This document shows, piece by piece, positions 38,506-47,467 of a DNA stretch of 64,000 nt. The stretch lies in the NCBI GenBank assembly GCA_031269355.1, contig JAISZG010000027.1:566-64565 (forward strand), in the 5' to 3' direction. The position numbers and the translations under genes were made by a program. Below the pieces are notes generated by a model that was given only the letters and a program-made list of their open reading frames with translations, was not told the origin of the DNA and ran no database searches. This DNA is from Oscillospiraceae bacterium (GTDB lineage: Bacteria; Bacillota; Clostridia; Christensenellales; Aristaeellaceae). The stretch's first letter is position 1, and each line of letters begins with the position of its first letter.

Positions 38506-38613
38506 CGCTTTCTCCCTTATAATCGGAATAAACGAGGATATGGTCGCGGACTCGCGCCGATATGCCAATAAAAATAAAGGGCGCGCGGATATTCGCGCGC
38601 CCATGGCTTATGT

Positions 38614-40125
38614 CTATTCCGCGAGGTACGCAGTCGCCAGGCTGTAAGGCTCTGCAGCGCTGGGCTCAAATCCCAGCAGCTTAGCGGACGACAGGAAATA
38701 TTCCCGAGGGCTCGCGATTACAACGTTCGGCTCTTCGTCAAGTATAATCTCTATCGCTTCCTTGTAGTACTCCTCACGCTGGGCGACGTCCGTCGTACCC
38801 GCGCCAAGCTCGCACAGCTCGTCCACGCGCGCGTTCGAATATCCGGCAATGTTCGCGCTGTTTCCCGTTTTGAAGAAGAACGCCACGCCTCTGCTCGGAT
38901 CGGAACCCGCGCCGTTTTGGCAGGCCATTATCTCAAAATCGTGAGCGCTCCACAGCGCGACATATTCGGCGTTTTCTTTATTTACCACGTTTACGGTGAT
39001 GCCGATCTCGGCCAGCTGCTGCTGAGCCACTGCACCGATGTCGCGCAGGCTGTCGAGCAGCCCGACGATCAGCGTCACTTCAAATCCGTCGGCATAGCCG
39101 GCTTCGCTCATCAAAGCTTTCGCCTTTTCGATATCCTGCTGGTACAGCGGATGCTCCGTCACGTCGACCGCCCAGTGACCCAACGACGCCGGTACGAAGC
39201 CGGAAACTTCCGCCTCGCCGTTATATGCCAGGTCGATTATATCCTGGCGGTTCAGCGCCAGCGAAATCGCCTGACGCACGCGTACGTCGGAGAATTGCGG
39301 AAGCGTTGTATTAAGGCATAGAGCCGCGTAGTTGCGCGACTGATACGACAGCGTATTGATATTCGCGTCGCCCGCGACCAGCGGGAGCATAGACGTATCG
39401 GCGGCGATCAGGTCGACGCTTCCCGTGCGCAGCGCTGCCAGGCGCGCGGAGCTGTCGGTCATCACATAGAACTCGATTCCGTCAACCTTTGGCTGATCCG
39501 GAATAAAGTAACCGTCATACTTGTTAATCGACACCATGTTGTCCGGAATCCATTCGCCAAGCGTGAACGGACCGGTGCCGCCGTCGGCGCTGAGAAGATC
39601 GCCGTTTTCCTCGACTGCTTCCTTCGCGACGATCGAGCAGTACCAGCTCGACAGGCTGGCCAGGAACGGCGCGTTAATCTGCTTGAGCGTGAACTTCACG
39701 GTTAGATCGTCGATAATCTCTATCGACTCTATATCCCCCGCGTAGCTCGCGCTGCTGCCCAGCGCGCCTACGTTCGGGTCGAGGATACGCTCGAAACTGT
39801 ACTTGACATCCTCGGCGGTCATCGACCTGCCATTATGAAAGGTTACGTCGCCGCGCAGATGAAAAATGTACGTGGTATCGTCCGGCTGTTCCCAACTCTC
39901 GGCAAGTTCGGGAACCACGTTTAAGTCGCCGTCGACGTCGACGAGCTGGTTGTACAGCTGTGTCATTACGCGAGCGGACGCGACGGCGGAAATCGTGTGC
40001 GGATCGAAGCCAATCGGCTCGGCGTCGGTTCCCACGCGCAGAATTCCTCCGTCGGCCAGCGCGAATGTAGGCGCGGCGCTTAATAGCAGTACTGTACATA
40101 CGAACAGCGCGAAAAGTCTTTTCAT
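38614..40125 (-). CDS. Family-5 peptide/muropeptide solute-binding protein (OppA/MppA-like)
   Basis: Signal peptide MKRLFALFVCTVLLLSAAPTFALA, about 500 aa. GGAGGTG lies 7 nt upstream. Confidence 0.82.
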   Translation of the reverse strand: MKRLFALFVCTVLLLSAAPTFALADGGILRVGTDAEPIGFDPHTISAVASARVMTQLYNQLVDVDGDLNVVPELAESWEQPDDTTYIFHLRGDVTFHNGRSMTAEDVKYSFERILDPNVGALGSSASYAGDIESIEIIDDLTVKFTLKQINAPFLASLSSWYCSIVAKEAVEENGDLLSADGGTGPFTLGEWIPDNMVSINKYDGYFIPDQPKVDGIEFYVMTDSSARLAALRTGSVDLIAADTSMLPLVAGDANINTLSYQSRNYAALCLNTTLPQFSDVRVRQAISLALNRQDIIDLAYNGEAEVSGFVPASLGHWAVDVTEHPLYQQDIEKAKALMSEAGYADGFEVTLIVGLLDSLRDIGAVAQQQLAEIGITVNVVNKENAEYVALWSAHDFEIMACQNGAGSDPSRGVAFFFKTGNSANIAGYSNARVDELCELGAGTTDVAQREEYYKEAIEIILDEEPNVVIASPREYFLSSAKLLGFEPSAAEPYSLATAYLAE

Positions 40126-40147
40126 GTGGTTACACCTCCATATGTAG

Positions 40148-40176
40148 ACTGTAACACAATCGGACAATATTTTCAA
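40148..40176 (-). promoter_or_regulatory. Sigma-A-type promoter candidate for the peptide-transporter operon
   Basis: Minus-sense TTGAAA (40176-40171), 17-nt spacer, TACAGT (40153-40148). Confidence 0.5.
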
Positions 40177-40287
40177 CATTTTAAACGCGGCTTTGCCACT
40201 GCCTCCCGAAATGAAACGCGGCTGATAGCGCGACGCGCGGCGTGCCCGACGCGCCGCGCGTTACAGTTATCAGCCTTATCAGCCTGA

Positions 40288-40839
40288 TTAAATTTGCGGC
40301 ACATCGCGGCAAAGCACCGTCGTCGCGCGCAGGCCGATTCCGTCGGGCATAACCTTCCGAAGCAGCTTATCGTTCAGAAGTTCGGAAACCGACGGGTTTT
40401 CGTTGCCGTACAAATCGAACAGGTCGTCAATCCAAACCTGAATAACCTGTTTTTCCGCAACGATGAAGATATAGTTGCTGACTCCCAACGCTCCTTGGAC
40501 AAGCAATATTTGCCTTATCCGCGAATTTCCAGCGAACGCGGCGTTGGCTTGAGCAAGCCACGCGGCCGTGTCGTCCGCCGGAATATCCTGCGGGAAATAT
40601 TCCGTTCCGCTATTGTCGAAAACTCGGATAACCGTACTGTCTATGATATAGTTGAGGCTTATAACATTTGCCAGCGCCTGCGCCTTTGCGGGAGTAGTCG
40701 CTGTCAAAACGGCGTAAGCCGCACCATCGTCGTCGGTCATAGTGCTTACGGCGACGCTTGAATCGCATCGGAAGAAGGCCTTCAATTCCCAATAGGCCAT
40801 ATATTGGGGCGCGAGCAATCTTGGCATATTGTCAGGCAT
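40288..40839 (-). CDS. Hypothetical 183-aa cytoplasmic protein
   Basis: ORF with a GGGAGTGAG RBS. No motif recognised. Confidence 0.6.
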   Translation of the reverse strand: MPDNMPRLLAPQYMAYWELKAFFRCDSSVAVSTMTDDDGAAYAVLTATTPAKAQALANVISLNYIIDSTVIRVFDNSGTEYFPQDIPADDTAAWLAQANAAFAGNSRIRQILLVQGALGVSNYIFIVAEKQVIQVWIDDLFDLYGNENPSVSELLNDKLLRKVMPDGIGLRATTVLCRDVPQI

Positions 40840-40849
40840 TTTCTCACTC

Positions 40850-40920
40850 CCATTTAAACGGGGGCATGCCCCCTACGCCAGCGAGCAAGGCGGGGAAGCG
40901 TCCGGCGCCATATCGCGCTT
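40850..40920 (-). repeat. Copy H of the recurrent GC-rich element in the 5' leader of the 183-aa gene
   Basis: Minus-sense GCGCGATATGGCGCCGGACGCTTCCCCGCC...GGGGGCATGCCCCCGTTTAAATGGGAGTGAG, then ATG. Confidence 0.5.
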
Positions 40921-41029
40921 GGCGGCGCGCATACGCGCGATATTTGGAAAACGGCGGAATACGCGCTGTTATAATATATGCGCGGCGGCAGGGTTGTGTG
41001 CAGAACACCGCACGGCGCGTTTTCGCAAG

Positions 41030-41059
41030 TTGACGCCGCCATATTCATAAATGTATACT
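41030..41059 (+). promoter_or_regulatory. Sigma-A-type promoter candidate for ychF-mnmE
   Basis: TTGACG (41030-41035), 18-nt spacer, TATACT (41054-41059). Confidence 0.45.
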
Positions 41060-41130
41060 GTGGTTGGCGCGCGGCGTCAAAGCGCGCGGTTAAATATATA
41101 ATATAAAAATAATTACAAGGACGTTTATTT

Positions 41131-42228
41131 ATGAAATGCGGCGTCATCGGTTTACCCAACGTCGGCAAGTCAACGCTGTTTAACGCCATTACCCGCGCCG
41201 GAGCCGAAGCGGCTAACTATCCGTTTTGCACAATCGAACCGAACACGGGGGTCACGGCGGTGCCGGACGCGCGGCTCGCCGCGTTGACCGATATGTACCA
41301 TCCCAAAAAGACAACGCCCGCGCTGGTCGAGTTCGTAGATATCGCCGGATTGGTGAAGGGCGCGAGCAAGGGCGAGGGGCTGGGCAACAAGTTCCTTTCC
41401 CATATACGCGAGGTGGACGCGCTGGTGCACGTTGTGCGCTGCTTTGACGATTCCAACGTTCAGCACGTCGACGGACGGGTCGACCCCGTGCGGGACGCGG
41501 AGGTCGTCAACCTGGAGCTTATACTCGCCGATTTGGATACGGTGGAGCGAAGGGAAGACCGCGCGCGCAAATCCGTTAAAACCGGAGATAAAAAGACCGC
41601 TCTTGAGGCGGACACGGCGGCAAAGATCCGCGCCCATTTGGAGGGCGAACAGCCCGTGCGCACATGCGCGCTTACAAGCGAGGAGCGAGAGATCGCGCGC
41701 GGATGGTTCCTGCTTACAGACAAGCCGGTGCTGTACGCCGCGAACATAGGCGAGGATCAAATAGGGCTGCCGGAGGATACGCTGCCCGGCATACCGGAAC
41801 TTAAGGCGCTCGCCGCGAAGGAACGCGCCGAGACGCTGGTGATTTCCGCGAGGGTCGAGGCCGATATAGCTGCGATGGAACCGGAGGATAAGGCGCTGTT
41901 TCTGGAAGAACTGGGGATCGGCCAGCCCGGACTCGATAGATTCGCCAAGGCGAGCTATAAGCTGCTCGGGCTGATTTCGTTCCTGACTGCCGGAGCGGAC
42001 GAGGTGCGCGCGTGGACTATCCGCGAAGGGGATCGCGCGCCGCAGGCCGCCGGAAAGATTCACACCGATTTCGAGCGCGGATTTATACGCGCGGAAATCG
42101 TCGCGTTCGACGCGCTTATGCGCGAGGGCGGAATGGCGGCTTGCAAGGAGAAGGGACTTGTGCGCTCGGAGGGCAAGGATTATGTTATGAAGGACGGCGA
42201 CGTAGCGCTGTTCCGGTTCAACGTGTAG
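41131..42228 (+). CDS. ychF: Redox-regulated ribosome-binding ATPase YchF
   Basis: [19 protein letters not shown] and a C-terminal TGS-like end [11 protein letters not shown]; 365 aa. Confidence 0.95.
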   Translation: MKCGVIGLPNVGKSTLFNAITRAGAEAANYPFCTIEPNTGVTAVPDARLAALTDMYHPKKTTPALVEFVDIAGLVKGASKGEGLGNKFLSHIREVDALVHVVRCFDDSNVQHVDGRVDPVRDAEVVNLELILADLDTVERREDRARKSVKTGDKKTALEADTAAKIRAHLEGEQPVRTCALTSEEREIARGWFLLTDKPVLYAANIGEDQIGLPEDTLPGIPELKALAAKERAETLVISARVEADIAAMEPEDKALFLEELGIGQPGLDRFAKASYKLLGLISFLTAGADEVRAWTIREGDRAPQAAGKIHTDFERGFIRAEIVAFDALMREGGMAACKEKGLVRSEGKDYVMKDGDVALFRFNV

Positions 42229-42229
42229 C

Positions 42230-43624
42230 ATGCGAACATATCAAACGGCGGATACGATCGCCGCGATAGCGACGCCTCCCGGATCGGGCGGCATAGCGAT
42301 ACTGCGCGTCAGCGGATCGAACGCGGAGGCGATACTGCGCGCGATATTTCGGCGTCCGGGCGGCGAAACGGCGGCATCGTCCGATTGGGAAAGCCATCGT
42401 TTATACTATGGTTATGTTTATAATAGAGGCGAGACAATCGACGAAGCTATGGCCGTGCTGATGCGCTCGCCGCGCTCGTATACGCGCGAGGACGTCGCGG
42501 AATTGCACGTTCACGGCGGCGCGGAGACGGCGCGCCGCGCGCTTGAGGCCGCGCTGGCGCAAGGCGCGCGGGTCGCGGAGCCGGGCGAATTTACGCGCAG
42601 GGCGTTTGAATCCGGGAGAATTGATCTAGCGCAGGCGGAAGCGACTATGCGGCTGATAGGCGCGTCGGGAGAAGCGGCCGCCCGCTCGGCTCTGCGCGCG
42701 CTGGCTGGAGGTCCGTCGCGCTTTGTGAAGGACGCACAATCACGGCTTATCGAGCTGCTCGCGCGGCTGGGGGCGGCGATTGATTTTCCGGATGAAATAG
42801 AGGAGAGCGGCGTCTCACGAGAAATCGCCGCGCATATCGCGCTTTTGCGCCGCAGCCTGGAGAGGGAGTGCGATCCGCGAGCCGGGCGCGTGCTGGATGA
42901 GGGGCTGGATATAGCGATCGTCGGCGCGCCAAACGCGGGCAAGTCGTCGCTGCTGAACGCGCTGCTGAACGAGGAGCGTGCGATTGTGCATGCGTCTCCG
43001 GGAACCACGCGCGACGTGCTGACCGCGAGGCTCGATATTTCGGGGCTTCGCGTCAACCTGTCCGATACGGCGGGGCTTCGCGAAACGAGCGATCCCGTCG
43101 AGATGATCGGAGTGACGCGCGCGAAGGCGCGAATGGATCGAGCCGACCTTACGCTGCTGGTGATAGACGCGTCGGAACCGTTCTCGGTAGATATTCAATG
43201 CGCGGCGGCTTCGCTGCCGGTAGGGCGGCGGGCGGTGATACTCAACAAATCCGACCTGCCCGCTCGGATTAATCCGCAGGAAATCGCGGCTCTCGCTCCG
43301 GACGCGGCATGCCTGTCCGTCAGCGCGGCTACGGGCGACGGTTTGGAGAGGGTGCGCGAATTGATCGCCAAGTTCGCGCGCGCGCTTCCGCTGGAATCGG
43401 CCTCGCTTACCGGAGCGCGCCATGTGGAAGCCGCGCGGCGCGCGGCGGCTTCGCTTGCCGAAGCGGAGGCATGCCTGCTGGATTCCTCGATGGGCGGCGC
43501 GGCGATCGATCTGGCGACCGTCGACCTGAACGCGGCGCTGCGCGCGCTGTGCGAGATCACCGGCGAAACGGCGGACGAGGCGGTAATCGACGCGGTGTTC
43601 GCGAACTTTTGCGTAGGCAAATAA
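42230..43624 (+). CDS. mnmE: tRNA modification GTPase MnmE
   Basis: DTIAAIATPPGSGGIAILRVSG, G-domain GAPNAGKSSLLNAL and the C-terminal CVGK motif. Confidence 0.95.
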   Translation: MRTYQTADTIAAIATPPGSGGIAILRVSGSNAEAILRAIFRRPGGETAASSDWESHRLYYGYVYNRGETIDEAMAVLMRSPRSYTREDVAELHVHGGAETARRALEAALAQGARVAEPGEFTRRAFESGRIDLAQAEATMRLIGASGEAAARSALRALAGGPSRFVKDAQSRLIELLARLGAAIDFPDEIEESGVSREIAAHIALLRRSLERECDPRAGRVLDEGLDIAIVGAPNAGKSSLLNALLNEERAIVHASPGTTRDVLTARLDISGLRVNLSDTAGLRETSDPVEMIGVTRAKARMDRADLTLLVIDASEPFSVDIQCAAASLPVGRRAVILNKSDLPARINPQEIAALAPDAACLSVSAATGDGLERVRELIAKFARALPLESASLTGARHVEAARRAAASLAEAEACLLDSSMGGAAIDLATVDLNAALRALCEITGETADEAVIDAVFANFCVGK

Positions 43625-43687
43625 TATGCATGTCCCGCCGTCTGCGGAATATGATAATACGACGTCGAGAACATACAACCGACACGC

Positions 43688-43743
43688 TGCGGATATGGGT
43701 CGCGGCTCCGTTCCGCCAGGGCGGCGAGGCGCGAAACTCCGCT
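43688..43743 (+). repeat. Copy F of the recurrent GC-rich element in the leader of the nitroreductase gene
   Basis: TGCGGATATGGGTCGCGGCTCCGTTCCGCCAGGGCGGCGAGGCGCGAAACTCCGC, then AAAAGGAGG and ATG. Confidence 0.55.
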
Positions 43744-43767
43744 ATAACTCTAAAAGGAGGCAAATCG

Positions 43768-44346
43768 ATGCAAACCACAGTGCAGTCAAGTTTCCATACT
43801 CCCGCCCAGGAGACCAGCTCTTTTCTGGATTTATGCGCCAGGCGGCAGAGCTGCCGCTCGTTCTCCGATCAGCCGATCGACCATAATACGCTCGTTGCCG
43901 TTGCGGAAGCCGCGCGGCTTGCGCCATCCGCGTGCAACAGCCAGCCGTGGTCGTTCGTGCTGGTTGAATCGCCTGAAAAAGTTGCGGAAGCGGCCAGGTG
44001 CGGGCAGGCGATGGGCATCAACGGATTCCTGAACGACGCGAAGGCGATACTTCTTATACTGGAGCAGCCCGCGCGCTTGATGCCGCAGATCGGCGGGCTG
44101 CTTGACAGCCAGTACTTCGCGGCGGGGGATATCGGCGGCGCGGCGCTTGCCGCGTGCCTCGCGGCCGAGGATCATGGCGTGGGCAGCTGCATAATAGGCC
44201 TATTCGACCGTCCCAAGCTGCGCGAGCTGCTCGACCTGCCGGATTGGCAGCCTATCGCGTATTATATCGCGCTTGGATATCCCAAGAATCCGGTCGTTCG
44301 CCCCAAAGCCCGCAAGGCTCTGGCGGAATTGGTGAAGTTCGTTTAA
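43768..44346 (+). CDS. Nitroreductase-family protein
   Basis: LCARRQSCRSFSDQPI...APSACNSQPW motif. AAGGAGG lies 7 nt upstream. The track ORF from 43309 overlaps mnmE and is rejected. Confidence 0.85.
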   Translation: MQTTVQSSFHTPAQETSSFLDLCARRQSCRSFSDQPIDHNTLVAVAEAARLAPSACNSQPWSFVLVESPEKVAEAARCGQAMGINGFLNDAKAILLILEQPARLMPQIGGLLDSQYFAAGDIGGAALAACLAAEDHGVGSCIIGLFDRPKLRELLDLPDWQPIAYYIALGYPKNPVVRPKARKALAELVKFV

Positions 44347-44363
44347 CAGATACCACTGTTTAT

Positions 44364-44399
44364 ACACGCCGACGCAATCGCGCCATTGCGTCGGCGTGT
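44364..44399 (+). terminator. 15-bp perfect hairpin after the nitroreductase gene
   Basis: ACACGCCGACGCAAT-cgcgcc-ATTGCGTCGGCGTGT with a weak U-tract. A second small hairpin with a T8 run lies at 44442-44461. Confidence 0.6.
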
Positions 44400-44477
44400 T
44401 CGTATCGCCATAGGCAGTATTGAGCATTTTGAATTTTCCAGAAACGCGCAGCGTTTTTTTTCGATTTTTTCCATTTA

Positions 44478-44680
44478 GGGCGTGTTCGAAAAATATCTCG
44501 AGGCTGAATGTGCTGGATTTTGATGAGGCGCAAGGAGCCATGAGGGAGGCGTAGTGGAGCTACGTCGACTGCGCGTAAACCCACCGCCGCCTGTGGCGGA
44601 TGAAGGCGGGTTGGAGCGCGCGACGCCGCGATGGATAAAAAGACAGTGCATTCAGACCGAGAGATTTTTCGAACACGCCC
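44478..44680 (+). ncRNA. Candidate structured RNA with a very long closing stem (6S-like architecture) or a MITE-like inverted-repeat element
   Basis: Arm 44478-44515 pairs with 44644-44680 (17 bp, one mismatch, 5 bp, small internal loop, 12 bp). Two G-U wobbles are valid only in the plus-strand RNA. The GC-rich interior holds several local hairpins. No credible ORF. Confidence 0.4.
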
Positions 44681-44828
44681 AAAATTTGTCAACTATATCG
44701 GCCAATTTTAGCAACATTGCGCGAAAATATTTACGCTTTTATGAATAACAAACGGTTGATATATCATAGAGTTCCTCGGAAGGTGCGAATAGGCAAATTC
44801 GCCCCCATTCGCTTGAGGAGGGATCGTC

Positions 44829-45320
44829 ATGCTGTTGACTATCACAATGTTCAAGAAAAACATCAAACAGTATCTGGCGCAGGCGACGCAGGAGGATCTG
44901 TACTTAATCAAGTACGGCAAGTGCGTCGCCAAGCTAACGAGCTGTAAGGAAGCGCCGCCCGCGCAAACCCTGGCGGTCGCCGCGCCGCCGAAGAAAAAAG
45001 CGGAGGTAAAGCCTAAGAAAAAGAAGGAACCTAAAGCCGAAAAACCCACGCCTCAAACCGCAGCCGAGATAAAACCCAAACCTGAGAAAAAGAAAAAGGA
45101 ATCGGTCAAATCAGCAAAACCCGCAGCTGCAGTAAAACCGGCGAAGGAGCCGAAAGCAAAGCCCGTTTCCGAAACGGGGTCGAAAGCAAAAGCGAAGAAG
45201 ACGCCGTTGAAACCAAAGCCCGTCGAAACAAAGGCGCCTGAAGAAAAATCCGACGGCAAGAAAACGGACGCAAAAACAACAGCAAAAAAAGAACCCAAAG
45301 CCACCAAAGCGAAAAAGTGA
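44829..45320 (+). CDS. Phd/YefM-like N-terminal domain fused to a histone-H1-like Lys/Pro/Ala-rich tail
   Basis: N-terminus TITMFKKNIKQYLAQATQEDLYLIKYGKCVAKLTS resembles Phd/YefM antitoxins. Residues 45-163 are KPK/AKK low-complexity repeats. GAGGAGG RBS. Confidence 0.7.
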   Translation: MLLTITMFKKNIKQYLAQATQEDLYLIKYGKCVAKLTSCKEAPPAQTLAVAAPPKKKAEVKPKKKKEPKAEKPTPQTAAEIKPKPEKKKKESVKSAKPAAAVKPAKEPKAKPVSETGSKAKAKKTPLKPKPVETKAPEEKSDGKKTDAKTTAKKEPKATKAKK

Positions 45321-45534
45321 TCGAATCCTCTGAAACAAAAGCGAAAGCGGCGGATGGGAATAACCGATAATCCCCACCGGCTGGGCGAAGCCCACGCAAA
45401 TTTGAATGAAGCAAAATCGGTGGAAATAAATCCGGTCAATGGGCGGCTGACCAATACTCTGTCCGCAACTTGACCGGATTTTATTAATTAAAATCCAACC
45501 GAGCGGGAATTCCACATGAACCGCGCGCCGAGAA

Positions 45535-45563
45535 TTGCGCCGCGAATGCCGCTATGTTAGAAT
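45535..45563 (+). promoter_or_regulatory. Sigma-A-type promoter abutting the mnmG start codon (possible leaderless transcript)
   Basis: TTGCGC (45535-45540), 17-nt spacer, TGT-TAGAAT (45558-45563). The ATG at 45571 lies 7 nt after the -10, and there is no SD. Confidence 0.45.
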
Positions 45564-45570
45564 ATCGCAT

Positions 45571-47463
45571 ATGGAAAAGCATTCGCCGACGGACGTTGTG
45601 GTAATAGGCGCGGGGCACGCGGGGTGCGAAGCGGCGCTCGCCTGCGCGCGCATGGGTATGCGGACTCTCCTTATCACGCTGCACCTGGACGCGGTCGCGC
45701 TGATGCCCTGCAATCCCGCCGTCGGCGGCACGGGCAAGGGACATCTCGTGCGCGAGGTGGACGCGCTGGGCGGCGAGATGGGTCGCTGCATCGACGCCGT
45801 AACTATTCAATCGCGAATGTTAAACCGCTCGAAGGGTCCGGCGGTGCACAGCCTTCGCGCGCAGGCGGACAAGCGCGCGTATCATGAGCGCATGCTGCAA
45901 ACGCTGCTAGGCGAACCAAACCTGACGCTGCGCCAGGGAGAAGTTGGGCGGATCGCCACGGCAAACGGCAAAATCTCCGGTGTAGTCACGCTGACCGGAC
46001 AGGCCGTCGATTGCCGGGCGGTCGTGGTCGCGGCGGGCGTATATCTAAACGGCAGAATAATCATCGGCGAATACGCGCGCGATGGCGGACCTTCGGGGCT
46101 TACATGCGCCTCCGCGCTGTCCGGCGCGCTGTTCGATCTGGGATTTACACTGCGCAGATTTAAAACCGGAACGCCCGCGCGGCTGGATGGCAAAACGATC
46201 CGCTTCGACAGAATGGAGCCGCAGCCGGGCGACGAGCCAGTCACGCCGTTTTCGTTTTTAACGGACGTTCCGCCGGAAAACCTAGCGATGTGCTATCTGA
46301 CCTGGACGAACGAGCGCACGCATTCCATAATCCGCGCGAATCTGAGCCGCGCGCCGATGTATCAAGGGACGATTCACGGAACAGGCGCGCGCTACTGCCC
46401 GTCGATCGAGGATAAAATAGTTCGCTTCGCGGATAAAGCGCGGCATCAGGTATTCATTGAGCCGGAAGGGCTGCGCTCGCCGGAATGGTATGTGCAGGGC
46501 GTATCTACATCTCTGCCGGAGGATGTGCAGATAGACCTGATCCATTCCATCGCCGGGCTGGAGGACGCGAACCTTCTTCGGCTGGCGTACGCGATCGAGT
46601 ACGATTGCATCGATCCAACCCGGCTGGACGCGTCTATGGCGGCGCATGACGTGCCTGGACTGTTCCTTGCCGGTCAGATAAACGGAACATCCGGATATGA
46701 GGAGGCGGCCGCGCAGGGAACGCTCGCGGGAATCAACGCCGCGCTGTACCTGCGGGGCGACGCGCCGTTTACGATCGCGCGGGATGAGGGATATATAGGC
46801 GTGCTCGCGGACGACCTCACTGTCAAAGGCACGGACGAGCCTTATCGCATGATGACCTCGCGTGCGGAATACCGGCTTTTGCTGCGCCAGGATAACGCCG
46901 ATCTGCGATTGACGGAGCGCGCGCACGCGATCGGGCTGGCCGGAGAGGAACGGCTTGCCCGCGCGATCGACAAAAAAGAACAAACTGCGCGAACGCTCGA
47001 GCTGCTTCGATCCTCGCGCGTTCCTCCGGACGCGCGGCTCGGCTCGTGGCTGGAAGAGATTGGGCAGCCGCAGGTTCAATCGGGAATATCGCTGCTTGAG
47101 CTAATTCGCAGACCCGGCGTCGATTACGCCGCGCTTCGCGTGCTGCGGCCGGAGCTTCCGGAACTCGCGCCGTCCGTCGAGCGGCAGGTTTGCCTGACCG
47201 CAAGGTACGAGGGATATCTCGAAAAGCAGCGGCGCGAGGCGGTTAAGTTTCGCGCGCTGGAGGCGAGACCCATTCCCGTGGATATTGATTACGGCGCGCT
47301 GCCTGGCTTGCGCATCGAGGCGCGGCAGAAGCTGTCCGCCGTTCGCCCATCGTCGCTCGGCCAGGCGTCCAGGATACCCGGAGTGTCGCCTGCGGACGCG
47401 GCGGTGCTGTCGGCGCATATATCCAGGACGCGGCGCGCGGCACCCGTTCGACAGGAGGAATAA
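45571..47463 (+). CDS. mnmG: tRNA uridine 5-carboxymethylaminomethyl modification enzyme MnmG (GidA)
   Basis: VVVIGAGHAGCEAALA FAD motif, PCNPAVGG and about 630 aa. Confidence 0.95.
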   Translation: MEKHSPTDVVVIGAGHAGCEAALACARMGMRTLLITLHLDAVALMPCNPAVGGTGKGHLVREVDALGGEMGRCIDAVTIQSRMLNRSKGPAVHSLRAQADKRAYHERMLQTLLGEPNLTLRQGEVGRIATANGKISGVVTLTGQAVDCRAVVVAAGVYLNGRIIIGEYARDGGPSGLTCASALSGALFDLGFTLRRFKTGTPARLDGKTIRFDRMEPQPGDEPVTPFSFLTDVPPENLAMCYLTWTNERTHSIIRANLSRAPMYQGTIHGTGARYCPSIEDKIVRFADKARHQVFIEPEGLRSPEWYVQGVSTSLPEDVQIDLIHSIAGLEDANLLRLAYAIEYDCIDPTRLDASMAAHDVPGLFLAGQINGTSGYEEAAAQGTLAGINAALYLRGDAPFTIARDEGYIGVLADDLTVKGTDEPYRMMTSRAEYRLLLRQDNADLRLTERAHAIGLAGEERLARAIDKKEQTARTLELLRSSRVPPDARLGSWLEEIGQPQVQSGISLLELIRRPGVDYAALRVLRPELPELAPSVERQVCLTARYEGYLEKQRREAVKFRALEARPIPVDIDYGALPGLRIEARQKLSAVRPSSLGQASRIPGVSPADAAVLSAHISRTRRAAPVRQEE

Positions 47464-47467
47464 CGCG

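Noticed and set aside
41170-42231. 353-aa minus-strand ORF mirroring ychF
   Set aside because: It is antisense to a gene with unmistakable YchF motifs. The Arg/Leu-rich composition is typical of stop-poor antisense frames in GC-rich DNA, and there is no RBS.
43309-43767. N-terminal 153 codons of the 345-aa track ORF ahead of the nitroreductase domain
   Set aside because: This part overlaps the mnmE 3' end in another frame and is Arg/Gly-rich. A strong AAGGAGG plus ATG at 43768 gives a normal-length nitroreductase.
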